The notes beneath the pieces are model-generated. The model was not told where the DNA came from, did not search any database, and saw only the letters and a list, made by a program, of their open reading frames with translations. Below are positions 42,830 through 52,680 of a stretch of 64,000 bases of DNA, in pieces. The stretch's first letter is position 1; each line of letters begins with the position of its first letter. Source of the stretch: Spirochaetia bacterium (GTDB lineage Bacteria > Spirochaetota > Spirochaetia > SZUA-6 > Bin103). The stretch covers positions 256,001-320,000 of the forward strand of contig CBDBOV010000003.1 in the NCBI GenBank assembly GCA_965208575.1, read 5' to 3'. Made by a program: the position numbers and the translations under genes.

Positions 42830-43708
42830 ATGCGCACGCGGTTCCTGACCCGGCTGGTCAGGGAGAAGCCGCTCGGCACGGCCAGCGGCATCGCCGTAGT
42901 GATCCTGATTCTGGTGGCCATCTTCGCCGACGTCCTCGCTCCCTATCCCTACGGGGAACGGCACCTGCCGGACCGCCTGCAGGGCTCATCGGCCCAGTAC
43001 CTGCTCGGTACCGACCACCTGGGGCGCGACCTCCTGAGCCGCATCATCCACGGCGCCCGGGTCTCTCTGACGGTGGGTCTGGCAGCCACCACGGTCAACG
43101 TGCTGGTCGCCGTACTGATCGGCGGCACGTCGGGATTCCTGGGCGGCAGGCTGGACCTGGTGGTGCAGCGGTTCGTGGATGCCTGGATGTCGTTCCCGGG
43201 ACTGCTGCTGTTGTTGACCGTCATATCGATCGTGGGCCAGGGGCTGCTGCAACTGATCGCGGTCCTGGGCATCTCGGGCGGCATCGTCGGCTCGCGCGTG
43301 CTCAGGAGCGCGGTCATCGGGGTAAAGGGGAACGACTATTTTCAGTCGGCGGTGGCGATCGGCGCCTCGCAGTGGAAGATCATCGTCCGCCACGTGCTGC
43401 CCAACATCGCGGCACCGATCATCGTGGTATTCAGCATCAACGTGGGGGGCGTGATCATCTCGGAGGCTGCGTTGAGCTTCCTGGGCTTCGGCCTGCCGAT
43501 CGAGATTCCGAGCTGGGGCGGGATGCTGAGCCGGGAGGGACGCCAGTACATGGAGGCGGCGCCGCACCTCGCGTTGTGGCCCGGCCTGGCGTTGACGGTC
43601 ACCGTGTACAGCCTGAACATGCTCGGCGACGCGGTGCGCGACCTGCTCGACCCGCGGCTGATCGGTGGCGCCGGCCGCCTGGGCGCGCAAGACACCCGGT
43701 CCGTGTAG
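42830..43708 (+). CDS. OppC-type permease (U7)
   Basis: Full-length; start uncertain. Confidence 0.92.
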   Translation: MRTRFLTRLVREKPLGTASGIAVVILILVAIFADVLAPYPYGERHLPDRLQGSSAQYLLGTDHLGRDLLSRIIHGARVSLTVGLAATTVNVLVAVLIGGTSGFLGGRLDLVVQRFVDAWMSFPGLLLLLTVISIVGQGLLQLIAVLGISGGIVGSRVLRSAVIGVKGNDYFQSAVAIGASQWKIIVRHVLPNIAAPIIVVFSINVGGVIISEAALSFLGFGLPIEIPSWGGMLSREGRQYMEAAPHLALWPGLALTVTVYSLNMLGDAVRDLLDPRLIGGAGRLGAQDTRSV

Positions 43709-43899
43709 CCGACGTTTAGTTTAGGCGCTGACGAGAGCTTGACTGACTACCGCGCATGTGAGACCGTGCCGCACCGTCGTAGCGCACACGAAGTGGGGCA
43801 AGGCGGCGGTTCCGGCCTTGTATCTGCGGCCACATGCCTTGCCGAAAGACAACACGAGCGATATCCTTGTAGTGACTGTGAGGCCACCGAGGGAAGAAT

Positions 43900-44157
43900 A
43901 TGCCCACGATTCTGTTTATTCTTGGCTGGCGATTGTTCTTTTACACAAATGAACGGCGTGAACCGCCTCATATTCATGGCCGTAAGGGTGATTGTGAATG
44001 CAAGTATTGGTTGGATACTGAAGACTACGATGTTCTTGAAGCTTACTGTTACAACATGAGCCCAAGGGATAAACGAGCAATTCGTAAAATCATTTTTGAT
44101 CATTTCGACTACATAATAGCGGAATGGAATCGAGTCCATAAAATGCGCAATGGATAA
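43900..44157 (+). CDS. DUF4160 protein
   Basis: MPTI..GWRLFFY.NE..EPPHIH; AT-rich. Confidence 0.82.
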   Translation: MPTILFILGWRLFFYTNERREPPHIHGRKGDCECKYWLDTEDYDVLEAYCYNMSPRDKRAIRKIIFDHFDYIIAEWNRVHKMRNG

Positions 44158-44416
44158 ACACTACAAGATAATCAAAGTGTCCTTTGAGGACGATACGATG
44201 GTACTACAGGTTGATGGTAATACCCATTTGATCAATATCAAAGGGCAGTCCCAAAGACTCGCCATGGCCTCACAAGCACAGCGGCAACACTATGTTGTCT
44301 CGCCTGCGGGATACGGAATTCACTGGCCGCTAGTCGACGAGGATCTTTCTATCGACGGCCTGATTGGCATTGAACACGCGCCTCCCCTGCACGAGGAATC
44401 CAGTCGGGTCCGCTAA
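44150..44416 (+). CDS. DUF2442 protein
   Basis: GYGIHWP.VDEDLSIDGL; overlaps DUF4160. Confidence 0.82.
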   Translation: MDKHYKIIKVSFEDDTMVLQVDGNTHLINIKGQSQRLAMASQAQRQHYVVSPAGYGIHWPLVDEDLSIDGLIGIEHAPPLHEESSRVR

Positions 44417-44534
44417 TGGTCTGACATTGAGTCCGCGCTACGACACGGCGAGGCGAAGGCGCGCTGCGGCATTCGCGGGTCCGGCAGGTCGCGTCGCACC
44501 GGCAGTCCTCTATGGCCAGCGTTACCTTGAGGCT

Positions 44535-45400
44535 CGCGAACCACAGCAGCCGAAAGGCCCGGCTGCCGCGCAGCAACTCTCCGTAGCCGCCACGGCTACG
44601 CATGGCACGCCTCCGGCCGGCGCTGCGCCCGAATAACACCACTGCCGCGCAGCGATTCGCCGCCGCGTTCACGCATGCGGCGCCCCCGGCGGTGACCACG
44701 ACGGGCGCCCGCGGCGGAGTTGGAGCGAGCCGTCGCGTGTCTCCTGATCGGTTGGCGGGATGGTGGAGATACCTGTCGCCGGCGTCAACAAGCAGATGCA
44801 ATTCGCGCAATGGGGTTGGAGGTGCTGATCGAGTTGGTCGAGCGCGCCGGGGTGCTGATGAGCGCCGCCAAGCCGGGGTAGGTTACATACCTCGCCATGA
44901 CTGCCGCCCACCCGCTGCCGCTCTCGTATATTGTGAGAACCTACGAGCTGAGTCCCGCGGTGCTGGAGACGGCAGCGCGGGCGGCGAAGCCGCAACGCTG
45001 GGAGGCGCTGATGTCAACGGTCGCGGAAGCATGGATGCGGGAGGGCAAGGCCGAGGGCAAGGCCCAGGGTAGAGCCGAGGGCAAGGCCGAGACGCTGCTT
45101 CGTCTTTTGCAGCGGCGATTCGGTCCCGTTGCGGAGAGTGCTCGGGCACGGGTGGCGGGCGGGTCGGCGGCGGAGATCGATGCCTGGTTCGATGCCCTGC
45201 TTGACGCGCAAAGCCTGACGGAGGTGTTCGACGCCCATCCGCAGTGAGCGCCGCCCGACCGCTCGGTGTGAGGCGAAGAGGTAACCGACCCATGCCGGCC
45301 CCCGTTCTGCTGACGGACCAACAGGTTCAGGACTACCTGACCCATGGCTACCTGGTGCGGCGATGCGGCCATCCGGCTGCGGTGCACCGGCGCATCCTGC
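44535..45400. pseudogene. Collapsed copy of 58880-60670 carrying an Rpn/DUF4351 C-terminal fragment
   Basis: MFS 5' end, DUF1801 3' end and PhyH 5' end in the same order; EGKAEG..LLRLLQRRFG at 44930-45247. Confidence 0.75.
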
Positions 45401-45537
45401 CGCCGCCGCCGTCAAGTCGCGCGGACGACCCCGCCGACCCCGCGAGGGCCACGATCTTGCGCCGCTTGCACTCTCGTGGCGGATGTGATAGAGTGACGAA
45501 ATGAAGCGAGCGAGAGCAACCGCTCAACCGCTCGCGT

Positions 45538-46060
45538 TTGACACCTGGCCTCGTCCATGCCACGGTTGCGCGAAGCGGGCCCGATGCGTATGACGCGCAA
45601 AGACACTTTTCAGCGTTGCTACCGGACGGTGGCTATCCAACCCGTGCGCCCGCCCGCCCCCCCCCCGGGGGGCCGCGGAGGCGATACACCTAACTCTCCA
45701 TCCTGCAGAAACAACCGAACGCTCCGGGCGACCGGGCGGCGCGTACGGGTGCTCCTGCGCGTGCCCTCGCCTTCGGCATCACACCGTCGACTATCGAACT
45801 ACCGAGCCAGACTATCCGGGCGGCCCAGGCGGCAACCCGCGCGTGAGATCCGCCAAACGGGGAGGTGCACGTTGGTACGCAAGGAACCACGCCACGCGCG
45901 CGGCCTGAGCCCATGAGCCCATGAGGCACCCGCCGCGCGCACGACGATCCGTGATTGCCGCCGCTGTTTGGCCGCCCGCGTTGCGGGCGCGAGAGTGGCA
46001 GGGAGCGGCAACTCACCATGGCAGAACTCTCAACACACAGAGAATCGAGGAGTGATCAAT
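45538..46060 (+). promoter_or_regulatory. Conserved cassette leader U8
   Basis: TTGACA-N17-CACGGT; uORF1 from 45584 with C10G6 at 45657-45672, in frame with uORF2 45872-45916. Confidence 0.72.
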
Positions 46061-47854
46061 ATGGATCTTCCAAGAATCGCACACACCTTCGTGTGTGTGC
46101 TCGTGCTCGGCTTGGCCGCAACCGGCCTGTGGGCGGCTGCGGCGGAAGAGGAGCCGGCCGCGGCGATGGAGAAGGAAATGGTGCGCGACCCGGCCACCGG
46201 CGAGATGGTCAGCGCTCCGCAGTATGGCGGGACCTTGACCTATGCCACCGGCGGGGCCGCTCCGGCGAATGCCGACACCCATTTCCTCCATGTCCAGGCA
46301 ATGGTCACCGGCGCCACCACGGAGAAGCTGGGCATCATGGACTGGGCCATCGACAGGGACGAGTTTTCGTTCCGCAACACGTACATACCGTTATCCGTCT
46401 ACCGACCACATCTGGCTGAGAGCTGGGACACTCCCGACCCGCTCACGATCATCTTCAACATCCGCAAGGGAGTGAACTGGCAAAACAAGGCGCCGATGAA
46501 CGGGAGGGAGTTTACCGCTGATGACGTCGTATTCAACTTTCGTCGCCTGCTGGGCCTGGGCGAGTTCGCCGAAGCCGGGCCGAGTCCCTTTACCTATCAG
46601 CGGCCACTTGGCGAGTCGGTAACGGCCACCGACCGATACACGGTCGTCATCAAGCTGCCGGAGCCCAGTGCCGTAGCGCTCGGACAGTATCTCGGCATCG
46701 GCCTCACCTACATGAACGCCCCCGAGGTGATCCGGGAGCACGGTGACGTGAAGGACTGGCGTAACCTGGTCGGTACCGGGCCCTATCTGCTGACCGATTG
46801 GACCGACGGTAGCTCATTTACCTTCCAGAAGAATCCCGACTACTGGAAAGACGACGAGAAGTACCCGGGGAATCGGCTGCCCTATATCGACGAGATACAG
46901 GGCCTTATCGTCCTGGAAGAAGCCACCTACCTGGCGGGGCTGCGCACCGGCAAGATTGATTTCCTGGGCTTTCCCGTTGGCGTCTCCGACATCACGTCGG
47001 TCGAAGTGCTTGAGAGCCTGCAGAAAAACAACCCCGAAATCATGCTGCAGGCGTGGTGGGACCGCTCGGAAAACTCGTATGCGATTGACGCGAGCAAGCC
47101 GCCGTTTGACGACGTCAGGGTGCGCCGGGCGATGCAGATGGCAATCGACCTCGAGGGCATCGACCGCAGCGTCTACCAGGGCACTTCAGCCTGGCAGCCT
47201 CAGGGTATAATCGGGGAAGGCGTCGGCGGGTACTTCACCCCTTTCGACGAGTGGCCCGAAGAGGTCAAGAAGGGCTATCGGTACGATCCGGCCGGGGCGG
47301 AAGCGTTGCTGGATGAGGCCGGTTATCCGCGCGGTGCCGACGGCACGCGATTCAAGACCGTGTTGAACCATCTCTATCGGTTTCCCTTGGGGTACAGCGA
47401 ACTGGCTGCCACCTACTGGGCCGAGATTGGCGTTGACGTGAAGATCAACGTATTGGATGAAGCTGACCCTGCGCGAAGCAACCGTACGTGGGAAGGTCTG
47501 ATATATCACACGATGGGCAACAATACTGAGCCGTTGGGTTTCGTACGCCAGATGGTCCACTCGAGCAGCCACGAAGACCTGCACGGAGTCAGGTACCCTG
47601 AGTTGGATGCCCTGCTCGACGCCGCCGCGGCCACTGATTCCGAACAGGAACGGCAGAGGCTGGTCAAAGAGGTGGATCTGTACACGATGGAGAACCACTG
47701 GTGGATATGGGGTCCCAAAGCCGGGAAGTACATGTCGCACCAGCCGTGGGTGGTCGGCTTCAACGGTGAAACCTGGCTTGGATTCATGGACCGCCTCACC
47801 ATCCTCGCACGTCTCTGGATCGACAGTGAACTGAAGGCGGAAATGGGTCATTAG
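46061..47854 (+). CDS. ABC SBP family 5 (U8)
   Basis: N-terminus identical to U7, body diverged. Confidence 0.92.
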   Translation: MDLPRIAHTFVCVLVLGLAATGLWAAAAEEEPAAAMEKEMVRDPATGEMVSAPQYGGTLTYATGGAAPANADTHFLHVQAMVTGATTEKLGIMDWAIDRDEFSFRNTYIPLSVYRPHLAESWDTPDPLTIIFNIRKGVNWQNKAPMNGREFTADDVVFNFRRLLGLGEFAEAGPSPFTYQRPLGESVTATDRYTVVIKLPEPSAVALGQYLGIGLTYMNAPEVIREHGDVKDWRNLVGTGPYLLTDWTDGSSFTFQKNPDYWKDDEKYPGNRLPYIDEIQGLIVLEEATYLAGLRTGKIDFLGFPVGVSDITSVEVLESLQKNNPEIMLQAWWDRSENSYAIDASKPPFDDVRVRRAMQMAIDLEGIDRSVYQGTSAWQPQGIIGEGVGGYFTPFDEWPEEVKKGYRYDPAGAEALLDEAGYPRGADGTRFKTVLNHLYRFPLGYSELAATYWAEIGVDVKINVLDEADPARSNRTWEGLIYHTMGNNTEPLGFVRQMVHSSSHEDLHGVRYPELDALLDAAAATDSEQERQRLVKEVDLYTMENHWWIWGPKAGKYMSHQPWVVGFNGETWLGFMDRLTILARLWIDSELKAEMGH

Positions 47855-47929
47855 CCTGGCGGAGGGGGGCAACGAAATTGTCCCCCTCCGAGGGTCCGAT
47901 GACGCGCAGATCGCGGAAAGGCGTAGCAC

Positions 47930-48883
47930 ATGAGAGCCCACGTCATCAGGCGGTTGCTGCTGGTCATCCCCACCCTGTTCATCCTCAGCATCCTGGTCTT
48001 TCTGTCGGTCCGCTTCATTCCGGGTGATGTGATCGACGTGATGCAAGGCAGGCTGGGCGGCCTGGGGCAGGTGGACCGTGCAGCGCTCGAGCGGATGCTG
48101 GGACTGGACCAGCCGGTGTACGTGCAGTACGGGCGCTGGTTGGGCGATATCCTGCTGCACGGCAGCCTGGGCCGCTCGCTGATGGGCGACTGGCTGGTAG
48201 AGGAGAAGATTCTCGCTCGATTGCCGGTCACCATCGAATTGGGCGTGCTGTCAATCGTCATCGGGCTGTTGATCGCGCTCCCGGTCGGCATCTACTCGGC
48301 GATTCGCCAGGATACGGCGGTCGACTACGCCGGCCGCTCGATCGCCATCCTGGGCCTGGCAACGCCCAACTTCTGGCTTGCCCTGATGGTGATGATCTAC
48401 CCGGCGATCTGGTGGGGCTGGTCGCCGCCGATGCGGCTGATCACGTTCCGCGAAGACCCGCTGGGGAACCTGGGCATGTTCCTGATTCCGAGCCTGATCC
48501 TGGGGACCTACCTGGCCGCCGCCACCATGCGCATGACGCGCACCATGATGCTGGAAGTGTTGCGCCAGGACTACATCCGCACCGCGTGGTCCAAGGGCCT
48601 GAAGGAGCGGGTGGTGGTGGTGCGGCACGCGGTCAAGAACGTGCTGATTCCGGTGGTTACGCTGATCGGCCTGCAGTTGCCCATCCTGGTGGGTGGCGCC
48701 GTCATCATCGAGAACATCTTCAACCTGCCCGGTTTGGGCCGCCTGATGCTGGTGGCGCTCACTGACAGAGACTTCCCGGTGGTCGCCGGCATCAACCTGG
48801 TGTTCGGCACCGCGGTGATGGGGATCAACCTGATGATCGACCTGGTCTATGCGGTCCTGGATCCCCGGGTCCGGTACCAGTAG
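47930..48883 (+). CDS. OppB-type permease (U8)
   Basis: Near-identical to U7. Confidence 0.93.
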   Translation: MRAHVIRRLLLVIPTLFILSILVFLSVRFIPGDVIDVMQGRLGGLGQVDRAALERMLGLDQPVYVQYGRWLGDILLHGSLGRSLMGDWLVEEKILARLPVTIELGVLSIVIGLLIALPVGIYSAIRQDTAVDYAGRSIAILGLATPNFWLALMVMIYPAIWWGWSPPMRLITFREDPLGNLGMFLIPSLILGTYLAAATMRMTRTMMLEVLRQDYIRTAWSKGLKERVVVVRHAVKNVLIPVVTLIGLQLPILVGGAVIIENIFNLPGLGRLMLVALTDRDFPVVAGINLVFGTAVMGINLMIDLVYAVLDPRVRYQ

Positions 48884-48902
48884 GGGCCGGGGACCTGGCA
48901 GC

Positions 48903-49781
48903 ATGCGCACGCGATTCCTGACCCGGCTGGTCAGGGAGAAGCCGCTCGGCACGGCCAGCGGCATCGCCGTAGTGATCCTGATTCTGGTGGCCATCTTCGC
49001 CGACGTCCTCGCTCCCTATCCCTATGGTGAGAGGCACCTGCCCGACCGCTTGCAGGGCTCATCGGCCCAGTACCTGCTCGGCACCGACCACCTGGGGCGC
49101 GACCTCCTGAGCCGCATCATCCACGGCGCCCGGGTCTCTCTGACGGTGGGTCTGGCAGCCACCACGGTCAACGTGCTGGTCGCCGTACTGATCGGCGGCA
49201 CGTCGGGATTCCTCGGCGGCAGGCTGGACCTGGTGGTGCAGCGGTTCGTGGATGCCTGGATGTCGTTCCCGGGACTGCTGCTGTTGTTGACCGTCATATC
49301 GATCGTGGGCCAGGGGCTGCTGCAACTGATCGCGGTCCTGGGCATCTCGGGCGGCATCGTCGGCTCGCGCGTGCTCAGGAGCGCGGTCATCGGGGTAAAG
49401 GGGAACGACTATTTTCAGTCGGCGGTGGCGATCGGCGCCTCGCAGTGGAAGATCATCGTCCGCCACGTGCTGCCTAACATCGCGGCACCGATCATCGTGG
49501 TATTCAGTATCAACGTGGGGGGCGTGATCATCTCGGAGGCTGCGTTGAGCTTTCTGGGCTTCGGCCTGCCGATCGAGATTCCGAGCTGGGGCGGGATGCT
49601 GAGCCGGGAGGGACGCCAGTACATGGAGGCGGCGCCGCACCTCGCGTTGTGGCCCGGCCTGGCGTTGACGGTCACCGTGTACAGCCTGAACATGCTCGGC
49701 GACGCGGTACGCGACCTGCTCGATCCGCGGCTGATCGGCGGCGCCGGCCGCCTGGGCGCGCAAGACACCCGGTCCGTGTAG
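48903..49781 (+). CDS. OppC-type permease (U8)
   Basis: Protein appears identical to U7 oppC. Confidence 0.92.
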   Translation: MRTRFLTRLVREKPLGTASGIAVVILILVAIFADVLAPYPYGERHLPDRLQGSSAQYLLGTDHLGRDLLSRIIHGARVSLTVGLAATTVNVLVAVLIGGTSGFLGGRLDLVVQRFVDAWMSFPGLLLLLTVISIVGQGLLQLIAVLGISGGIVGSRVLRSAVIGVKGNDYFQSAVAIGASQWKIIVRHVLPNIAAPIIVVFSINVGGVIISEAALSFLGFGLPIEIPSWGGMLSREGRQYMEAAPHLALWPGLALTVTVYSLNMLGDAVRDLLDPRLIGGAGRLGAQDTRSV

Positions 49782-49855
49782 CGGTAGTGAGCCGAAAAGG
49801 CGCTGCCGCATTCGCGCGTGCGCCGCATGCTTGACCAGGTGGATCTCGCCATGCT

Positions 49856-50344
49856 TCATGAGTCGTCCTGATACTCGAGCACCTCTCGGGCCTCGCGGTT
49901 CAGTTCCTCCGCGTGGGCGTCGAGCGCGGCAAGCTCTCGTTGCGGTGCCGGGGCAGGCCGCAGGTAGTCACTCGGTCGCAGGATCGTAAGGCCCGCAACC
50001 GTGGATCCGTAGTACGCGCCGAAGTGTGTGCGGTCGCCGGTGATCAGATGGGTCGCTCCGGCGGCCGCGGCCGCCGAGAACACGGGGCGGTCCTTGTCCG
50101 GCAGGTCCACGGGACACCGGTCGGCGGGAGACTCCGGTACGACGAGTGCGGATTGCAGCCTGGTGTCCAGCCGCCGGATCTGTTCCGGTTCCCGCAGGTT
50201 GCGGCGTGCTTCTTCGATCACGTAGCGAGACACCAGGAGCGTGCAACTCCCGGCGCGTTGCGCGTCCCACAGCCGCTCAATGCTGGGGCTGCCGTACGCC
50301 GCCGAGAACAACACGTTCGCATCGAGAAACAGTCGGTCTGCCAA
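49856..50344 (-). CDS. PIN-domain toxin
   Basis: LFLDANVLFSA, KD.PV, LITGD. Confidence 0.85.
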   Translation of the reverse strand: MADRLFLDANVLFSAAYGSPSIERLWDAQRAGSCTLLVSRYVIEEARRNLREPEQIRRLDTRLQSALVVPESPADRCPVDLPDKDRPVFSAAAAAGATHLITGDRTHFGAYYGSTVAGLTILRPSDYLRPAPAPQRELAALDAHAEELNREAREVLEYQDDS

Positions 50345-50349
50345 TGAGG

Positions 50350-50637
50350 TCAGGTGGGACGGTCGTGGGGTACGCGGTCCGGGTCGAGACCGAGCTTGCG
50401 CACCTCCTCCCGCGCCCAGGCGTAGTCCTGCTCGTCCACGGCGTTTGTCAGCAGGAACTCCGCCTTGCGCTGGCGGGTGTAGGTCTCCACCGGCAGGGCT
50501 ACGGCGGGCCGCACCAGCACGCCTTCCTCGTGCGCCTCGGTGATCACGAAAGATCCCTCCTCCATGCCGTATTCGCGCCGCAGTTGCGCAGGAATCACCA
50601 CGGTGCCACGTTTACCGACTTTGCTCGTTTGCGTCAC
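50350..50637 (-). CDS. AbrB/MazE-type antitoxin
   Basis: KVGKRGTVVIPAQLRR; GGAGG RBS, GTG start. Confidence 0.85.
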   Translation of the reverse strand: MTQTSKVGKRGTVVIPAQLRREYGMEEGSFVITEAHEEGVLVRPAVALPVETYTRQRKAEFLLTNAVDEQDYAWAREEVRKLGLDPDRVPHDRPT

Positions 50638-50760
50638 ACGCACCTCCAGTTCGGTGCCTGATAATCTGATAATCAGAATAGCAGAACCTTCTCGAGCCGC
50701 CAAGCCGGCAAGCCCGCACGGCTCGGATGACACTCGCATGACGGATATACTCTCGCCGCG

Positions 50761-51645
50761 ATGCAGTTCTGGGATCCTCACTTTCACATCTGGGACGCGT
50801 CCGCGGGAGTGGACGACGCCGGATACGGCCTGGCCGACTACGAGCGCGATGTTGCCAGCGACGGCTTCGAGTTGATCGGCGGCACGTTCGTCGAGGTGAT
50901 GAGCGCGCAGCACGCCGGCGTGGAAGGGCAGGCGTTCGCGGATGCGTGCGCCGAGGAAGCGGACTGGGTGTCGCGGCAGCTCGGCGGCGGGCGGCTGCCG
51001 TACGTGATGGTGGCGTCCGCGCCGCTGGAACAGGAGGGCGTTCAGGCGCTGCTGCGGCAACTGGCGGCGGACGATCGGGTGCGGGGGGTGCGTCAGATCG
51101 TCAACCACGAGCCCTCCTGGCCGCGCAACGGCCATCTGGGCAACCTGCTGGAGAGCACGGCGTGGCGGCAGGGATATCGGTTGCTGGCCGAGCATGGGCT
51201 CGGGTTCGACCTGCAGCTCAACCCGCACCAGTACGCGGCCGCGGCACGGCTGTTGGCGGCCAATCCGCACGTTCCGGTAGTAATCGATCACCTGGGGACG
51301 CCGACCTTCGCCGACCTGCGCGGCGACACCTACTGGGACGGGATGCGCGCCCTCGCCGACTGTCCCCACACCACCATGAAGCTGTCGATGCTCCCCTACG
51401 TGGACCGGGAGTGGGACACGAACGCGCTGGCCACGGAGAGCGTCCTGCGCGTGATCGACCTGTTCGGCGTGGAGCGCTGCTTCTTCGCCTCCAACTTCCC
51501 CGTCGACCTGAAGTCCGGGTGGCCTGCCGCGCGCCTGTTCGGCGCCTTCGCACGCTTGGTGAGCGAGATGCCGGAGGTGGACCGGCGGCGGCTGTTCACC
51601 GGCAACGCCATGCGCGCCTACGGCGTCGCCGTATGCGATGGGTAG
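50761..51645 (+). CDS. Amidohydrolase_2 family (sugar lactonase-like)
   Basis: DPHFHIWD, VIDHLG, FASNFP. Confidence 0.85.
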   Translation: MQFWDPHFHIWDASAGVDDAGYGLADYERDVASDGFELIGGTFVEVMSAQHAGVEGQAFADACAEEADWVSRQLGGGRLPYVMVASAPLEQEGVQALLRQLAADDRVRGVRQIVNHEPSWPRNGHLGNLLESTAWRQGYRLLAEHGLGFDLQLNPHQYAAAARLLAANPHVPVVIDHLGTPTFADLRGDTYWDGMRALADCPHTTMKLSMLPYVDREWDTNALATESVLRVIDLFGVERCFFASNFPVDLKSGWPAARLFGAFARLVSEMPEVDRRRLFTGNAMRAYGVAVCDG

Positions 51646-52387
51646 CCGCCCGGGAGAGACCGGCAAGAGCGTGCGCCGCCTTGCTTCGCCGGACCTTGGG
51701 AGACGGTGGAGTACGGGTGATGTGGTGGTGCTCCGGTACATGGGGCTCATGCGCGCGGGCACGCCGGCGATCGTGGTGGAGGATAGCGACGAACGGGTGC
51801 TGGTGTACGTACCGGACGGCGTGCGGTGGTTTGGCTCCGGCGCGGCGGCGGCGGGGCGCAGCGAACGGGTCCGGGCGATTGCGCGCGGCGAGACGGTGGT
51901 AACGGGACGCCACATTTCCTGGCGCAACCACAACCTGCGGGTGCTGTTGCCGGGCCGGCCGTATTCGATCTGGCTGCTGTGGACCCCGGCGTGGGAGTTC
52001 AAGTACTACTACGTGAACCTGGAGGCGCCGTTTGCGCGCTCCGCGGTCGGGTTCGACTCGCGCGACCACGTATTGGACGTGTGCGTCCGCGCGGACCGCA
52101 CCTGGTACTACAAGGACCAGGACGAATTGGACACCCGTATCGAAGTGGGCCTGGTCCCGGCGGAGGCGGCGGCCGAAGTGCGGCGCGACGCGGAGCATGC
52201 GGTGGCGTTGATCGAGGACTGGCAGCCGCCGTTCAGTTCCGGGCTCGAGCATTGGCGGCCCGATCCGGCGTGGGAGGTGCCGGTGCTGCCTGCCGGGTGG
52301 CAGGCCCATCCCTCGAACATAGAGCCCTGGACGCGGGCGCCGACCGGCGGGGTGGCGACCCCTGGCGGCGCGGTGAGCGGAGGGTAG
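51638..52387 (+). CDS. DUF402 domain protein
   Basis: YYVNLE.P, D..D.VLD, KD.DEL, WRPDP.W. Confidence 0.8.
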   Translation: MGSRPGETGKSVRRLASPDLGRRWSTGDVVVLRYMGLMRAGTPAIVVEDSDERVLVYVPDGVRWFGSGAAAAGRSERVRAIARGETVVTGRHISWRNHNLRVLLPGRPYSIWLLWTPAWEFKYYYVNLEAPFARSAVGFDSRDHVLDVCVRADRTWYYKDQDELDTRIEVGLVPAEAAAEVRRDAEHAVALIEDWQPPFSSGLEHWRPDPAWEVPVLPAGWQAHPSNIEPWTRAPTGGVATPGGAVSGG

Positions 52388-52680
52388 GCACTCGGAGATG
52401 GCGGCACGGTGGAACCCCGGAGATTGCGTCGTCCTGCGGGCGGTCGGCCCGCTCACGGTGGGCAAACCGGCGATTGTCGTCGAAGACGGTCCAGAGCGGG
52501 TCATGTTGTACGTGCCGCACGGGGTCCGTTGGTTGGGGCCCGTAGCGCCATCAGGCGACCGCGTGGAGATGATTCGCGCCTTTGCCAGGGGCGAGCGCGT
52601 CATCGCCTTGGAGATGATTCCGTGGCTGTTGGGTCTCACGTAATTCTGCTGTTTTTTCGCACGGTAATCTGGACACCATA

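Noticed and set aside
43700-43730. Integron attC/attI sites at oppC ends
   Set aside because: No intI in the window and no consistent RYYYAAC..GTTRRRY pairs
39974-47854. Diversity-generating retroelement acting on SBPs
   Set aside because: No intact RT; differences are not adenine-specific and span the whole gene
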